Origin: Euprymna scolopes
Taxonomy: Eukaryota
Assembly: GCA_053919585.1 (NCBI GenBank)
Contig: CM132820.1
Length of the DNA: 63,872 nucleotides
Reading direction: 5' to 3' (one strand)
This document shows, piece by piece, positions 22,016 through 35,500 of the stretch. A program made the translations under genes and the position numbers. A model generated the notes under the pieces. It was given only the letters and a program-made list of their open reading frames with translations. It was not told the origin of the DNA and made no database searches. Numbering within the stretch: position 1 is the stretch's first letter; the number at the start of each line of letters is the position of its first letter.

Positions 22016-22099
22016 ACTATTACAACCAAGATGAGGAAGTCAGTCCGACAATCTCAATAAATGAAAACACCTCATCTCAAAAATACAAACAATTACTAA

Positions 22100-22650
22100 G
22101 GTTCCCTCTATCGAGCTAAAAGACTACTCACGCCTGAGAGTATCCCGTACCTTTACAAGGCCACCATTCGCCCATGCATGGAGTATTTTTGCAATATCTG
22201 GGCCGGTGCATCTACCACAAGTCTCTTCCTCTTAGATAGCCCCCCCCCAAAGTGTTTAACCTAGTAGGCCCCACTTTGTCAACAAAACTCCAACTCTTGT
22301 CCCATTGCCGCGACGTTGCATTTCTGTGCCTGTTTTACAAGTATTTTAATGAAATGAGTTCTGATGAACTCGTTGCACTTGTGCCCCCTCGACGTGTAGC
22401 ATATCTCCGACTAACCCGCTTAGAAACAAAATCAAACCCCTCATAGTCAAGATCCACAAATGCTAGAAAGCTTTCTACTTTAATAGTCTCTTCTCCCGAA
22501 CAGCTAGACATTGGAATTCCCTTCCTGCTACCAGCTACCCTGACTGTACTCATACGCAGAAGCTTAAATGTAACGTAAACCAGCATCTTGTTAATTTTCC
22601 CTAGTCACGGTCCTTAGGTTCAATTGGCTGGCAGATCCACTCGTATAAAT
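22100..22650 (+). mobile_element. 3' fragment of a CR1/L2-group LINE
   Basis: LYRAKRLLTPESIPYLYKATIRPCMEYFCNIWAGA and LSHCRDVAFLCLFYKYF...ELVALVPP match the post-RT region of CR1-group ORF2. Confidence 0.8.
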
Positions 22651-22972
22651 ATTGACATATATAAATAAGTACGTTGATATGTGTGGAATAAACAATATTC
22701 TCAATGTCTATTGTAGACCAATCTGATCCTTGGGTTATATTTGATGACATAAGGTCAGCCACGCGCAAATGAGGTCACCTGCGAATATAATCACGTGAGT
22801 TTGGAGCGAGAGAGAGATTTTAGATTTTGAAATCGTACCGTTTTGAAATCTCGTAGCGAACAGGCACTGAAAATAACGCACACAGACAAAACTATAGGGC
22901 GTAAATAGACCATCAGTCTGTTTGTCAGTATATCTATCGACCCATGCATTTGTCTATCTCTAGTTTATAATC

Positions 22973-23391
22973 ACTAGTGGGCGGGCACCGGCTTTGCCCG
23001 GACGCAAAATACGCTTAAATATGATATTTTAATTTGTCTAGATATCGTATATATTATTATAGCGACGTAATTTGAAAAGTGCGGAAAGTGCCATCAGCTA
23101 GAATCGAAACTGAAACTGTAGCATCCAAAGCTGGTGACGTTACCACTGTAAGAACGTGACACACATATGAACTGGTTATAAATAAAAAATAAATTAAGAT
23201 GAATGTACAAAATGAATAACGATTTTTTTTCAATTTTGACCCATGTTGACCTCTTAAAAACTATTTTACCCGGCTAAAGAGCGATAAAATATCGGCCCGT
23301 AAAAATCCAATCATTTGAGACACTTAGCGCCGCTCTGCGACTTTTGGTTTCGGAGGAGATAGAGTTTGAACATATTGAGACAAACAGACAT
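22973..23391 (-). mobile_element. Non-autonomous Helitron-like element containing a tRNA-like segment
   Basis: Minus-strand end CCGGGCAAAGCCGGTGCCCGCCCACTAG|T; tRNA-like TACAGTGGTAA...GTTTCGATTC on the minus strand at ~23090-23150. Confidence 0.4.
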
Positions 23392-23859
23392 NNNNNNNNN
23401 NNNNNNNNNNNNNNNNNNNNNNNNNNNNNNNNNNNNNNNNNNNNNNNNNNNNNNNNNNNNNNNNNNNNNNNNNNNNNNNNNNNNNNNNNNNNNNNNNNNN
23501 NNNNNNNNNNNNNNNNNNNNNNNNNNNNNNNNNNNNNNNNNNNNNNNNNNNNNNNNNNNNNNNNNNNNNNNNNNNNNNNNNNNNNNNNNNNNNNNNNNNN
23601 NNNNNNNNNNNNNNNNNNNNNNNNNNNNNNNNNNNNNNNNNNNNNNNNNNNNNNNNNNNNNNNNNNNNNNNNNNNNNNNNNNNNNNNNNNNNNNNNNNNN
23701 NNNNNNNNNNNNNNNNNNNNNNNNNNNNNNNNNNNNNNNNNNNNNNNNNNNNNNNNNNNNNNNNNNNNNNNNNNNNNNNNNNNNNNNNNNNNNNNNNNNN
23801 NNNNNNNNNNNNNNNNNNNNNNNNNNNNNNNNNNNNNNNNNNNNNNNNNNNCGCGTATA

Positions 23860-25200
23860 AATTTCTATTTCGGGCGACTACTCTGAAGTAGAGAGTGTGA
23901 GCCATCTGGCGTCCACCTGTAAGGTTCCGCTGGAGGACGGCTACTATACATTGCGACATAATGGAGTGTGTAAATATCTCCCCTGGGCCATCTGTAAAAA
24001 GTTGAATATTAAATTTAGCAGTCCTGAAAGAAACAATTGCAATTCTTACAACTACGTCCCTAGAAAACAGAGATAATAAACTTGGCATAGTGTTATATGA
24101 CAAGGAAAAAGAAGCAACTTTAATAGGTTGTTAGTATCCCCAATGATGCTTAGAAATTAGTATCCTCAAAAATGCTGAGAGGAAAAATAAGTCAGAAATT
24201 CTGCAGAAATAAGTAGACTCCTCATTGGGCGGTTTGTCCGCCCACGATTTTGTTTGAACCTATCAGATTGTTTGTTATTACTAGCTGCTGAGGGTAAACT
24301 TTGCGCAAAATTTATCTTTTCAGATCTCAAGTTTGGCGCCAAGAGTACCCTCGGCAATTAGTTATTACAAGCAATCTGATAGGTTCAAACAAAATTGTGG
24401 GCAGACAAACCGACCAATGAGGAGTCTGCTTATTTCTGTAGAATTTCTTAGTTATTTTTCCCTCTCAGCATTATTAGGGATACTAATTCTAAGCATCATA
24501 GAGAATACTAACATAGACTCAGTTTGAAATGGAGGTTCGAAATTAACTTGTAGCCTCAAAATCACTTTGTTTCATTGAGACGTTTTAATGCCCTAATATG
24601 GGGCGAAAGGTTATTATTATTTGCAAACATCGATGTCCTTATGTTGGGCAAATTATTATGTTATTGCACGTTATTGTGCTCTGTGAATCAACTGACTTTC
24701 ATCATTACAATATAATGTCCGTCAGAGATGAAATTAAGGACTACAGTTTGACCTGTCATTTGTCCGTCATTTGGACGATTATCTACAGTGAACTCCATGA
24801 GGTTACCAGACTAGCAGTATTCATTTTGGGAGGCATAACTCTACTCTTCAATCTGTTGCAGCGTTCTTCATCAGCGGAGTTTTGTATTCAGCATATCGCG
24901 AAGATGGACTATTACCATTTTAGGGTGTTACCGGCTCAGTACAGTAGATAGCTAAAGATAACGTGAAAAGAAACTGGAATCTTAGGAAGATTTCTATCAT
25001 TGCAGTAATTATAGGAGCAACTGGGCTCATGAAAAGCATCTCAAAAACAAACTGGCAGATGTACCGGTGAACCAAGTGCAAGAGAGATGCAACTAATTGC
25101 GCTTGAAGGGCACTTAGAATCTTAAAAAAAAATCTCTCGGTTGAAATGTATTAGATAGTTGGTGAATGTCTGGCATCCGGTAGGAAGCCTCATCCCCAGC
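23860..25200 (+). mobile_element. 3' part of a second RLE-type LINE (zinc knuckle and endonuclease), interrupted by ~0.8 kb of other sequence
   Basis: ESVSHLASTC...YYTLRHNGVCKYLPWAICK (23895-24005), IVLYDKEKEATLI.VSIPND (~24150), then VKRNWNLRKISIIAVIIGATG...MQLIAL (24955-25130). Confidence 0.7.
24129..24513. mobile_element. 385-bp near-complete palindrome (MITE/foldback-like)
   Basis: Arms ~24129-24313 and ~24330-24513 are reverse complements; both strands give near-identical peptides in the ORF track. Confidence 0.85.
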
Positions 25201-25718
25201 TAAATCAAAATGATAAAAAAATTAAAAGAAAAACATAAACATATACCCATGAGCACACGTACACACACGTATGTATACACATAGGTATACACAGACACGC
25301 GCATACACACGTGCGCGTATACAGACATATGCACAAAAACATACATACACATGCACACTGAGATTAAAAATAAAATCATTAACGTCGACAAATGTCTTCT
25401 TTCTATCCTTTAGGCCATTTTCCGTTGAAAAAGAGGAACCGTCAAGCTGAATGAGTCTCGTCTGAAACAAAAAGCGCAGTTCCAATATGGCGGCCGTATG
25501 AACGAGCACCCCCTCCCCCCCACACACACCTCATTCATCACATTCAAATAATGGCTGTCGAAGAAGGAACGCCGTGCCGGCAAAAATAAATAAAACTGCC
25601 TTCAATTATTAGTTCATCTCTTCATTATATACGCCCTGTCACTATTGAAAGAAGCTCTGTCATTTGGTCCGCCCGTTTGTCCGTCACGTTTAATTGTTTT
25701 TAAAACAGCATCTCCACT

Positions 25719-25792
<74 letters not shown>

Positions 25793-26039
25793 CACACTTA
25801 AACGACACGTATACCCCGGAGGAGCTTCGTCTGCCTGCTACATTTAAATTTAAACTTATATTTTCGTTTGACACAACGCGGTTATTTAATAGACGTATCT
25901 GATTTGAGATTTGAGATACATCTAAGAAACGATATAAAAGGTTACGGTTGTCGAGGAATCAAGATTAAATGTAAAGCTGTAACGCCTTTCATTTGTCACG
26001 GTTGCGTTTACAATAAAAATCTTTTCATGCATACATTTG

Positions 26040-26566
26040 AAATTACATATAAATTGATCTGTAACGCGCATTATATAAACAGCATGTCAATCAATCTGTC
26101 ACGCGCAGTTTAAAAATAGCATTTTAAATAATCTGTCACGTTTAATTTTAAAAATAGAATGTCAATTAATCTGCCACCCACATTTTTAAAATAGCATGTC
26201 AATTAATCTGTCACGCCCATTTTAAAAACAGAATGTCAATTAATCCGTCACGCGCATTTTTAAAATAGCGTGTTAATTAATCTGTTACGCGCATTATAAA
26301 AATAGTATGTCAATTCGTCTGTCACATTATTTTATAATAACATGCCACTTAATGTGTCACATTTAGTTTGAAATAACATGGAAACAGTTTCATTTCGTAT
26401 ATCATACGAAAGTTCAAAATAGCGTGTCAATTTGTATGTCACATCTAAGTTTGAAATTGCGTACCAATTAGTATGTAATGCATAGTTTGAAATAACATGC
26501 CAACAGTTTCATTTAGTATATCATACCAAAGTTCAAAATAGCGTGTCAATTTTTATGCCACATCTA
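26040..26566 (+). repeat. Diverged 36-38-bp proto-satellite plus 119-bp duplicated trimer at the array edge
   Basis: Units like TTTAAAATAGCATGTCAATTAATCTGTCACGCGCAT; 26365-26483 is repeated at 26484-26602. Confidence 0.85.
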
Positions 26567-29500
26567 AGTTTGAAATTGCGTACCAATTAGTATGTAATGC
26601 ATAGTTTGAAATTGCGTACCAATTAGTATGTAATGCATAGTTTGAAATAGCGTACCAATTAGTATGTAATGCATAGTGTGAAATTGCGTACCAATTAGTA
26701 TGTAATGCATAGTTTGAAATTGCGTACCAATTAGTATGTAATGCATAGTTTGAAATTGCGTACACATTAGTATGTAATGCATAGTTTGAAATTGCGTACC
26801 AATTAGTATGTAATGCATAGTTTGAAATTGTGTACCAATTAGTATGTAATGCATAGTTTGAAATTGCGTACCAATTAGTATGTAATGCATAGTGTGAAAT
26901 TGCGTACCAATTAGTATGTAATGCATAGTTTGAAATTGCGTACCAATTAGTATGTAATGCATAGTTTGAAATTGCGTACCAATTAGTATGTAATGCATAG
27001 TTTGAAATTGCGTACCAATTAGTATGTAATGCATAGTTTGAAATTGCGTACCAATTAGTATGTAATGCATAGTTTGAAATTGCGTACCAATTAGTATGTA
27101 ATGCATAGTTTGAAATTGCGTACCAATTAGTATGTAATGCATAGTTTGAAATTGCGTACCAATTAGTATGTAATGCATAGTGTGAAATAGCGTACCAATT
27201 AGTATGTAATGCATAGTGTGAAATAGCGTACCAATTAGTATGTAATGCATAGTTTGAAATTGCGTACCAATTGGTATGTAATGCATAGTTTGAAATTGCG
27301 TACCAATTAGTATGTAATGCATAGTTTGTAAATTGCGTACCAATTAGTATGTAATGTATAGTTTGAAATTGCGTACCAATTAGTATGTAATGCATAGTTT
27401 GAAATTGCGTACCAATTAGTATGTAATGCATAGTTTGAAATTGCGTACCAATTAGTATGTAATGCATAGTTTGAAATTGCGTACCAATTAGTATGTAATG
27501 CGAAGTTTGAAATTGCGTACCAATTAGTATGTAATGCATAGTGTGAAATAGCGTACCAATTAGCATGTAATGCATAGTTTGAAATAGCGTACCAATTAGT
27601 ATGTAATGCATAGTTTTAAATTGCGTACCAATTAGTATGTAATGCATAGTTTGAAATTGCGTACCAATTAGTATGTAATGCGAAGTTTGAAATTGCGTAC
27701 CAATTAGTATGTAATGCATAGTGTGAAATAGCGTACCAATTAGTATGTAATGCATAGTTTGAAATTGCGTACCAATTAGTATGTAATGCATAGTTTGAAA
27801 TTGCGTACCAATTAGTATGTAATGCATAGTTTGAAATTGCGTACCAATTAGTATGTAATGCATAGTTTGAAATTGCGTACCAATTAGTATGTAATGCATA
27901 GTTTGAAATTGCGTACCAATTAGTATGTAATGCATAGTTTGAAATTGCGTACCAATTAGTATGTAATGCATAGTTTGAAATTGCGTACCAATTAGTATGT
28001 AATGCATAGTGGGAATTGCGTACCAATGAGTATGTAATGCATAGTTTGAAATTGCGTACCAATTAGTATGTAATGCATAATTTGAAATTACGTATCAATT
28101 AGTATGTAATGCATAGTTTGAAATTGCGTACCAATTAGTATGTAATGCATAGTTTGAAATTGCGTACCAATTAGTATGTAATGCATAGTTTGAAATTGCG
28201 TACCAATTAGTATGTAATGCATAGTTTGAAATTGCGTACCAATTAGTATGTAATGCATAGTTTGCAATTGCGTACCAATTAGTATGTAATGCATAGTTTG
28301 AAATTGCGTACCAATTAGTATGTAATGCATAGTTTCAAATTGCGTACCAATTAGTATGTAATGCATAGTTTGAAATTGCGTACCAATTAGTATGTAATGC
28401 ATAGTGGGAATTGCGTACCAATGAGTATGTAATGCATATTTTGAAATTGCGTACCAATTAGTATGTAATGCATAGTTTGAAATTACGTACCAATTAGTAT
28501 GTAATGCATAGTTTGAAATTGCGTACCAATTAGTATGTAATGCATAGTTTGAAATTGCGTACCAATTAGTATGTAATGCATAGTTTGAAATTGCGTACCA
28601 ATTAGTATGTAATGCATAGTTTGAAATTGCGTACCAATTAGTATGTAATGCATAGTTTGAAATTGCGTAGTATTTAGTATGTAATGCATAGTTTGAAATT
28701 GCGTACCAATTAGTATGTAATGCATAGTTTGAAATTGCGTACCAATTAGTATGTAATGCATAGTTTGAAATTGCGTACCAATTAGTATGTAATGCATAGT
28801 TTGAAATTGCGTACCAATTAGTATGTAATGTATAGTTTGAAATTGCGTACCAATTAGTATGTAATGCATAGTTTGAAATTGCGTACCAATTAGTATGTAA
28901 AGCATAGTGTGAAATAGCGTACCAATTAGTATGTAATGCATAGTTTGAAATAGCGTACCAATTAGTATGTATTGAATAGTTTGAAATTGCGTACCAATTA
29001 GTATGTAAAGCATAGTTTGAAATTGCGTACCAATTAGTATGTAATGCATAGTTTGAAATTGCGTACCAATTAGTATGTAATGCATAGTTTGAAATAGCGT
29101 ACCAATTAGTATGTAATGCATAGTTTGAAATTGCGTACCAATTAGTATGTAATGCATAGTTTGAAATAGCGTACCAATTAGTATGTAATGCATAGTTTGA
29201 AATTGCGTACCAATTTGTATGTAATGCATAGTTTGAAATTGCGTACCAATTGGTATGTAATGCATAGTGTGAAAAAGCGTACCAATTAGTATGTAATGCA
29301 TAGTTTGAAATTGCGTACACATTAGTATGTAATGCATAGTTTGAAATTGCGTACCAATTAATATGTAATGCATAGTTTGAAATTGCGTACCAATTAGTAT
29401 GTAATGCATAGTTTGAAATTGCGTACCAATTAGTATGTAATGCATTGTTTGAACTTGCGTACCAATTAGTATGTAATGCATAGTTTGAAATTGCGTACCA

Positions 29501-32500
29501 ATTAGTATGTAATGCACAGTTTGAAATTGCGTACCAATTAGTATGTAATGCATAGTTTGAAATAGCGTACCAATTAGTATGTAATGCATAGTGTGAAATT
29601 GCGTACCAATTAGTATGTAATGCATAGTTTGAAATTGCGTACCAATTAGTATGTAATGCATAGTTTGAAATTGCGTACCAATTAGTATGTAATGCATAGT
29701 TTGAAATTGCGTACCAATTAGTATGTAATGCATAGTTTGAAATTGCGTACCAATTAGTATGTAATGCATACTTTGTAAATTGCGTACCAATTAGTATGTA
29801 ATGCATAGTGTGAAATAGCGTACCAATTAGTATGTAATGCATAGTTTGAAATAGCGTACCAATTAGTATGTAATGCATAGTTTTAAATTGCGTACCAATT
29901 AGTATGTAATGCATAGTTTTAAATTGCGTACCAATTAGTATGTAATGCATAGTTTGAAATTGCGTACCAATTAGTATGTAATGCATAGTTTGAAATTGCG
30001 TACCAATTAGTATGTAATGCATAGTTTGAAATTGCGTACCAATTAGTATGTAATGCATAGTTTGAAATTGCGTACCAATTAGTATGTAATGCATAGTTTG
30101 AAATTGCGTACCAATTAGTATGTAATGCATAGTTTGAAATTGCGTACCAATTAGTATGTAATGCATAGTGTGAAATAGCGTACCAATTAGTATGTAATGC
30201 ATAGTTTGAAATAGCGTACCAATAAGTATGTAATTCATAGTTTGAAATTGCGTACCAATTAGTATGTAATGCATAGTTTGAAATTGCGTACCAATTAGTA
30301 TGTAATGCATAGTTTGAAATTGCGTACCAATTAGTATGTAATGCATAGTTTGAAATTGCGTACCAATTAGTATGTAATGCATAGTTTGAAATTGCGTACC
30401 AATTAGTATGTAATGCATAGTTTGAAATTGCGTACCAATTAGTATGTAATGCATAGTTTGTAAATTGCGTACCAATTAGTATGTAATGCATAGTTTGAAA
30501 TTGCGTACCAATTAGTATGTAATGCATAGTTTGAAATTGCGTACCAATGAGTATGTAATGCATAGTTTGAACTTGCGTACCAATTAGTATGTAATGCATA
30601 GTTTGAAATTGCGTACCAATTAATATGTAATGCATAGTTTGAAATTGCGTACCAATTAGTATGTAATGCATAGTTTGAAATTGCGTACCAATTAGTATGT
30701 AATGCATAGTTTGAAATTGCGTACCAATTAGTATGTAATGCATAGTGTGAAATAGCGTACCAATTAGTATGTAATGCATAGTTTGAAATAGCGTACCAAT
30801 AAGTATGTAATGCATAGTTTGAAATTGCGAACCAATTAGTATGTAATGCATAGTTTGAAATTGCGTACCAATTAGTATGTAATGCATAGTTTGAAATTGC
30901 GTACCAATTAGTATGTAATGCATAGTTTGAAATTGCGTACAAATTAGTATGTAATGCATAGTTTGAAATTGCGTACCAATTAGTATGTAATGCATACTTT
31001 GTAAATTGCGTACCAATTAGTATGTAATGCATAGTTTGTAAATTGCGTACCAATTAGTATGTAATGCATAGTTTGAAATTGCGTACCAATTAGTATGTAA
31101 TGCATAGTTTGAAATTGCGTACCAATGAGTATGTAATGCATAGTTTGAACTTGCGTACCAATTAGTATGTAATGCATAGTTTAAAATTGCGTACCAATTA
31201 GTATGTAATGCATAGTTTGAAATTGCGTACCAATTAGTATGTAATGTATAGTTTGAAATTGCGTACCAATTAGTATGTAATGCATAATTTGAAATAGCGT
31301 ACCAATTAGTATGTAATGCATAGTTTGAAATTGCGTACCAATTAGTATGTAATGCATAGTTTGAAATTGCGTACCAATTAGTATGTAATGCATAGTTTGA
31401 AATTGCGTACCAATTAGTATGTAATGCATAGTTTGAAATTGCGTACCAATTAGTATGTAATGCATAGTTTGAAATTGCGTACCAATTAGTATGTAATGCA
31501 TAGTTTTAAATAGCGTACCAATTAGTATGTAATGCATAGTTTAGAATTGCGTACCAATTAGTATGTAATGCATAGTTTGAAATTGCGTACCAATTAGTAT
31601 GTAATGCATAGTTTGAAATTGCGTACCAATTAGTATGTAATGCATAGTTTGAAATTGCGTACCAATTAGTATGTAATGCATAGTGTGAAATAGCGTACCA
31701 ATTAGTATGTAATGCATAGTGTGAAATAGCGTACCAATTAGTATGTAATGCATAGTTTGAAATTCCGTACCAATTGGTATGTAATGCATATTGTGAAATA
31801 GCGTACCAATTAGTATGTAATGCATAGTTTGAAATTGCGTACCAATTAGTATGTAATGCATAGTTTGAAATTGCGTATAAATTGGTATGTAATGCATAGT
31901 TTGAAATTGCGTACCAATTAGTATGTAATGCATAGTTTGAAATTGCGTACCAATTAGTATGTAATGTATAGTTTGAAATTGCGTACCAATTAGTATGTAA
32001 TGCATAGTTTGAAATAGCGTACCAATTAGTACGTAATGCATAGTTTGAAATTGCGTACCAATTAGTATGTAATGCATAGTTTGAAATTGCGTACCAATTA
32101 GTATGTAATGCATAGTTTGAAATTGCGTACCAATTAGTATGTAATGCATAGTTTGAAATTGCGTACCAATTAGTATGTAATGCGAAGTTTGAAATTGCGT
32201 ACCAATTAGTATGTAATGCATAGTGTGACATAGCGTACCAATTAGCATGTAATGCATAGTTTGAAATAGCGTACCAATTAGTATGTAATGCATAGTTTGA
32301 AATTGCATACCAATTAGTATGTAATGCATAGTTTGAAATTGCATACCAATTAGCATGTAATGCATAGTGTGAAATAGCGTACCAATTAGTATGTAATGCA
32401 TAGTTTGAAATTGCATACCAATTAGTATGTAATGCATAGTTTGAAATTGCGTACCAATTAGTATGTAATGCATAGTTTGAAATTGCGTACCAATTAGTAT

Positions 32501-35500
32501 GTAATGCATAGTTTGAAATTGCGTACCAATGAGTATGTAATGCATAGTTTGAACTTGCGTACCAATTAGTATGTAATGCATAGTGTGAAATTGCGTACCA
32601 ATTAATATGTAATGCATAGTTTGAAATTGCGTACCAATTAGTATGTAATGCATAGTTTGAAATTGCGTACCAATTAGTATGTAATGCATAGTTTGAAATT
32701 GCGTACCAATTAGTATGTAATGCATAGTGTGAAATAGCGTACCAATTAGTATGTAATGCATAGTTTGAAATAGCGTACCAATAAGTATGTAATTCATAGT
32801 TTGAAATTGCGAACCAATTAGTATGTAATGCATAGTTTGAAATTGCGTACCAATTAGTATGTAATGCATAGTTTGAAATTGCGTACCAATTAGTATATAA
32901 TGCATAGTTTGAAATTGCGTACCAATTAGTATGTAATGCATAGTTTGAAATTGCGTACCAATTAGTATGTAATGCATACTTTGTAAATTGCGTACCAATT
33001 AGTATGTAATGCATAGTTTGTAAATTGCGTACCAATTAGTATGTAATGCATAGTTTGAAATTGCGTACCAATTAGTATGTAATGCATAGTTTGAAATTGC
33101 GTACCAATGAGTATGTAATGCATAGTTTGAACTTGCGTACCAATTAGTATGTAATGCATAGTTTAAAATTGCGTACCAATTAGTATGTAATGCATAGTTT
33201 GAAATTGCGTACCAATTAGTATGTAATGTATAGTTTGAAATTGCGTACCAATTAGTATGTAATGCATAATTTGAAATAGCGTACCAATTAGTATGTAATG
33301 CATAGTTTGAAATTGCGAACCAATTAGTATGTAATGCATAGTTTGAAATTGCGTACCAATTAGTATGTAATGCATAGTTTGAAATTGCGTACCAATTAGT
33401 ATGTAATGCATAGTTTGAAATTGCGTACCAATTAGTATGTAATGCATAGTTTGAAATTGCGTACCAATTAGTATGTAATGCATAGTTTGAAATAGCGTAC
33501 CAATTAGTATGTAATGCATAGTTTAGAATTGCGTACCAATTAGTATGTAATGCATAGTTTGAAATTGCGTACCAATTAGTATGTAATGCATAGTTTGAAA
33601 TTGCGTACCAATTAGTATGTAATGCATAGTTTGAAATTGCGTACCAATTAGTATGTAATGCATAGTGTGAAATAGCGTACCAATTAGTATGTAATGCATA
33701 GTGTGAAATAGCGTACCAATTAGTATGTAATGCATAGTTTGAAATTCCGTACCAATTGGTATGTAATGCATATTGTGAAATAGCGTACCAATTAGTATGT
33801 AATGCATAGTTTGAAATTGCGTACCAATTAGTATGTAATGCATAGTTTGAAATTGCGTATAAATTGGTATGTAATGCATAGTTTGAAATTGCGTACCAAT
33901 TAGTATGTAATGCATAGTTTGAAATTGCGTACCAATTAGTATGTAATGTATAGTTTGAAATTGCGTACCAATTAGTATGTAATGCATAGTTTGAAATAGC
34001 GTACCAATTAGTACGTAATGCATAGTTTGAAATTGCGTACCAATTAGTATGTAATGCATAGTTTGAAATTGCGTACCAATTAGTATGTAATGCATAGTTT
34101 GAAATTGCGTACCAATTAGTATGTAATGCATAGTTTGAAATTGCGTACCAATTAGTATGTAATGCATAGTTTGAAATTGCGTACCAATTAGTATGTAATG
34201 CGAAGTTTGAAATTGCGTACCAATTAGTATGTAATGCAAAGTGTGACATAGCGTACCAATTAGCATGTAATGCATAGTTTGAAATAGCGTACCAATTAGT
34301 ATGTAATGCATAGTTTGAAATTGCATACCAATTAGTATGTAATGCATAGTTTGAAATTGCATACCAATTAGCATGTAATGCATAGTGTGAAATAGCGTAC
34401 CAATTAGTATGTAATGCATAGTTTGAAATTGCATACCAATTAGTATGTAATGCATAGTTTGAAATTGCGTACCAATTAGTATGTAATGCATAGTTTGAAA
34501 TTGCGTACCAATTAGTATGTAATGCATAGTTTGAAATTGCGTACCAATTATTATGTAATGCATAGTTTGCAATAGCGTACCAATTAGTATGTAATGCATA
34601 GTTTGAAATTGCGTACCAATTAGTATGTAATGCATAGTTTGAAATTGCGTACCAATTAGTATGTAATGCATAGTTTGAAATTGCGTACCAATTAGTATGT
34701 AATGCATAGTGGGAATTGCGTACCAATGAGTATGTAATGCATAGTTTGAAATTGCGTACCAATTAGTATGTAATGCATGGTTTGAAATTGCGTACCAATT
34801 AGTATGTAATGTATAGTTTGAAATTGCGTACCAATTAGTATGTAATGCATAGTTTGAAATAGCGTACCAATTAGTACGTAATGCATAGTTTGAAATTGCG
34901 TACCAATTAGTATGTAATGCATAGTTTGAAATTGCGTACCAATTAGTATGTAATGCATAGTTTGAAATTGCGTACCAATTAGTATGTAATGCATAGTTTG
35001 AAATTGCGTACCAATTAGTATGTAATGCATAGTTTGAAATTGCGTACCAATTAGTATGTAATGCGAAGTTTGAAATTGCGTACCAATTAGTATGTAATGC
35101 ATAGTGTGACATAGCGTACCAATTAGCATGTAATGCATAGTTTGAAATAGCGTACCAATTAGTATGTAATGCATAGTTTGAAATTGCATACCAATTAGTA
35201 TGTAATGCATAGTTTGAAATTGCATACCAATTAGCATGTAATGCATAGTGTGAAATAGCGTACCAATTAGTATGTAATGCATAGTTTGAAATTGCATACC
35301 AATTAGTATGTAATGCATAGTTTGAAATTGCGTACCAATTAGTATGTAATGCATAGTTTGAAATTGCGTACCAATTAGTATGTAATGCATAGTTTGAAAT
35401 TGCGTACCAATTAGTATGTAATGCATAGTTTGCAATAGCGTACCAATTAGTATGTAATGCATAGTTTGAAATTGCGTACCAATTAGTATGTAATGCATAG

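Noticed and set aside
4724-23851. N-runs as a biological pattern
   Set aside because: Assembly gaps or masking; they hide sequence and limit several calls.
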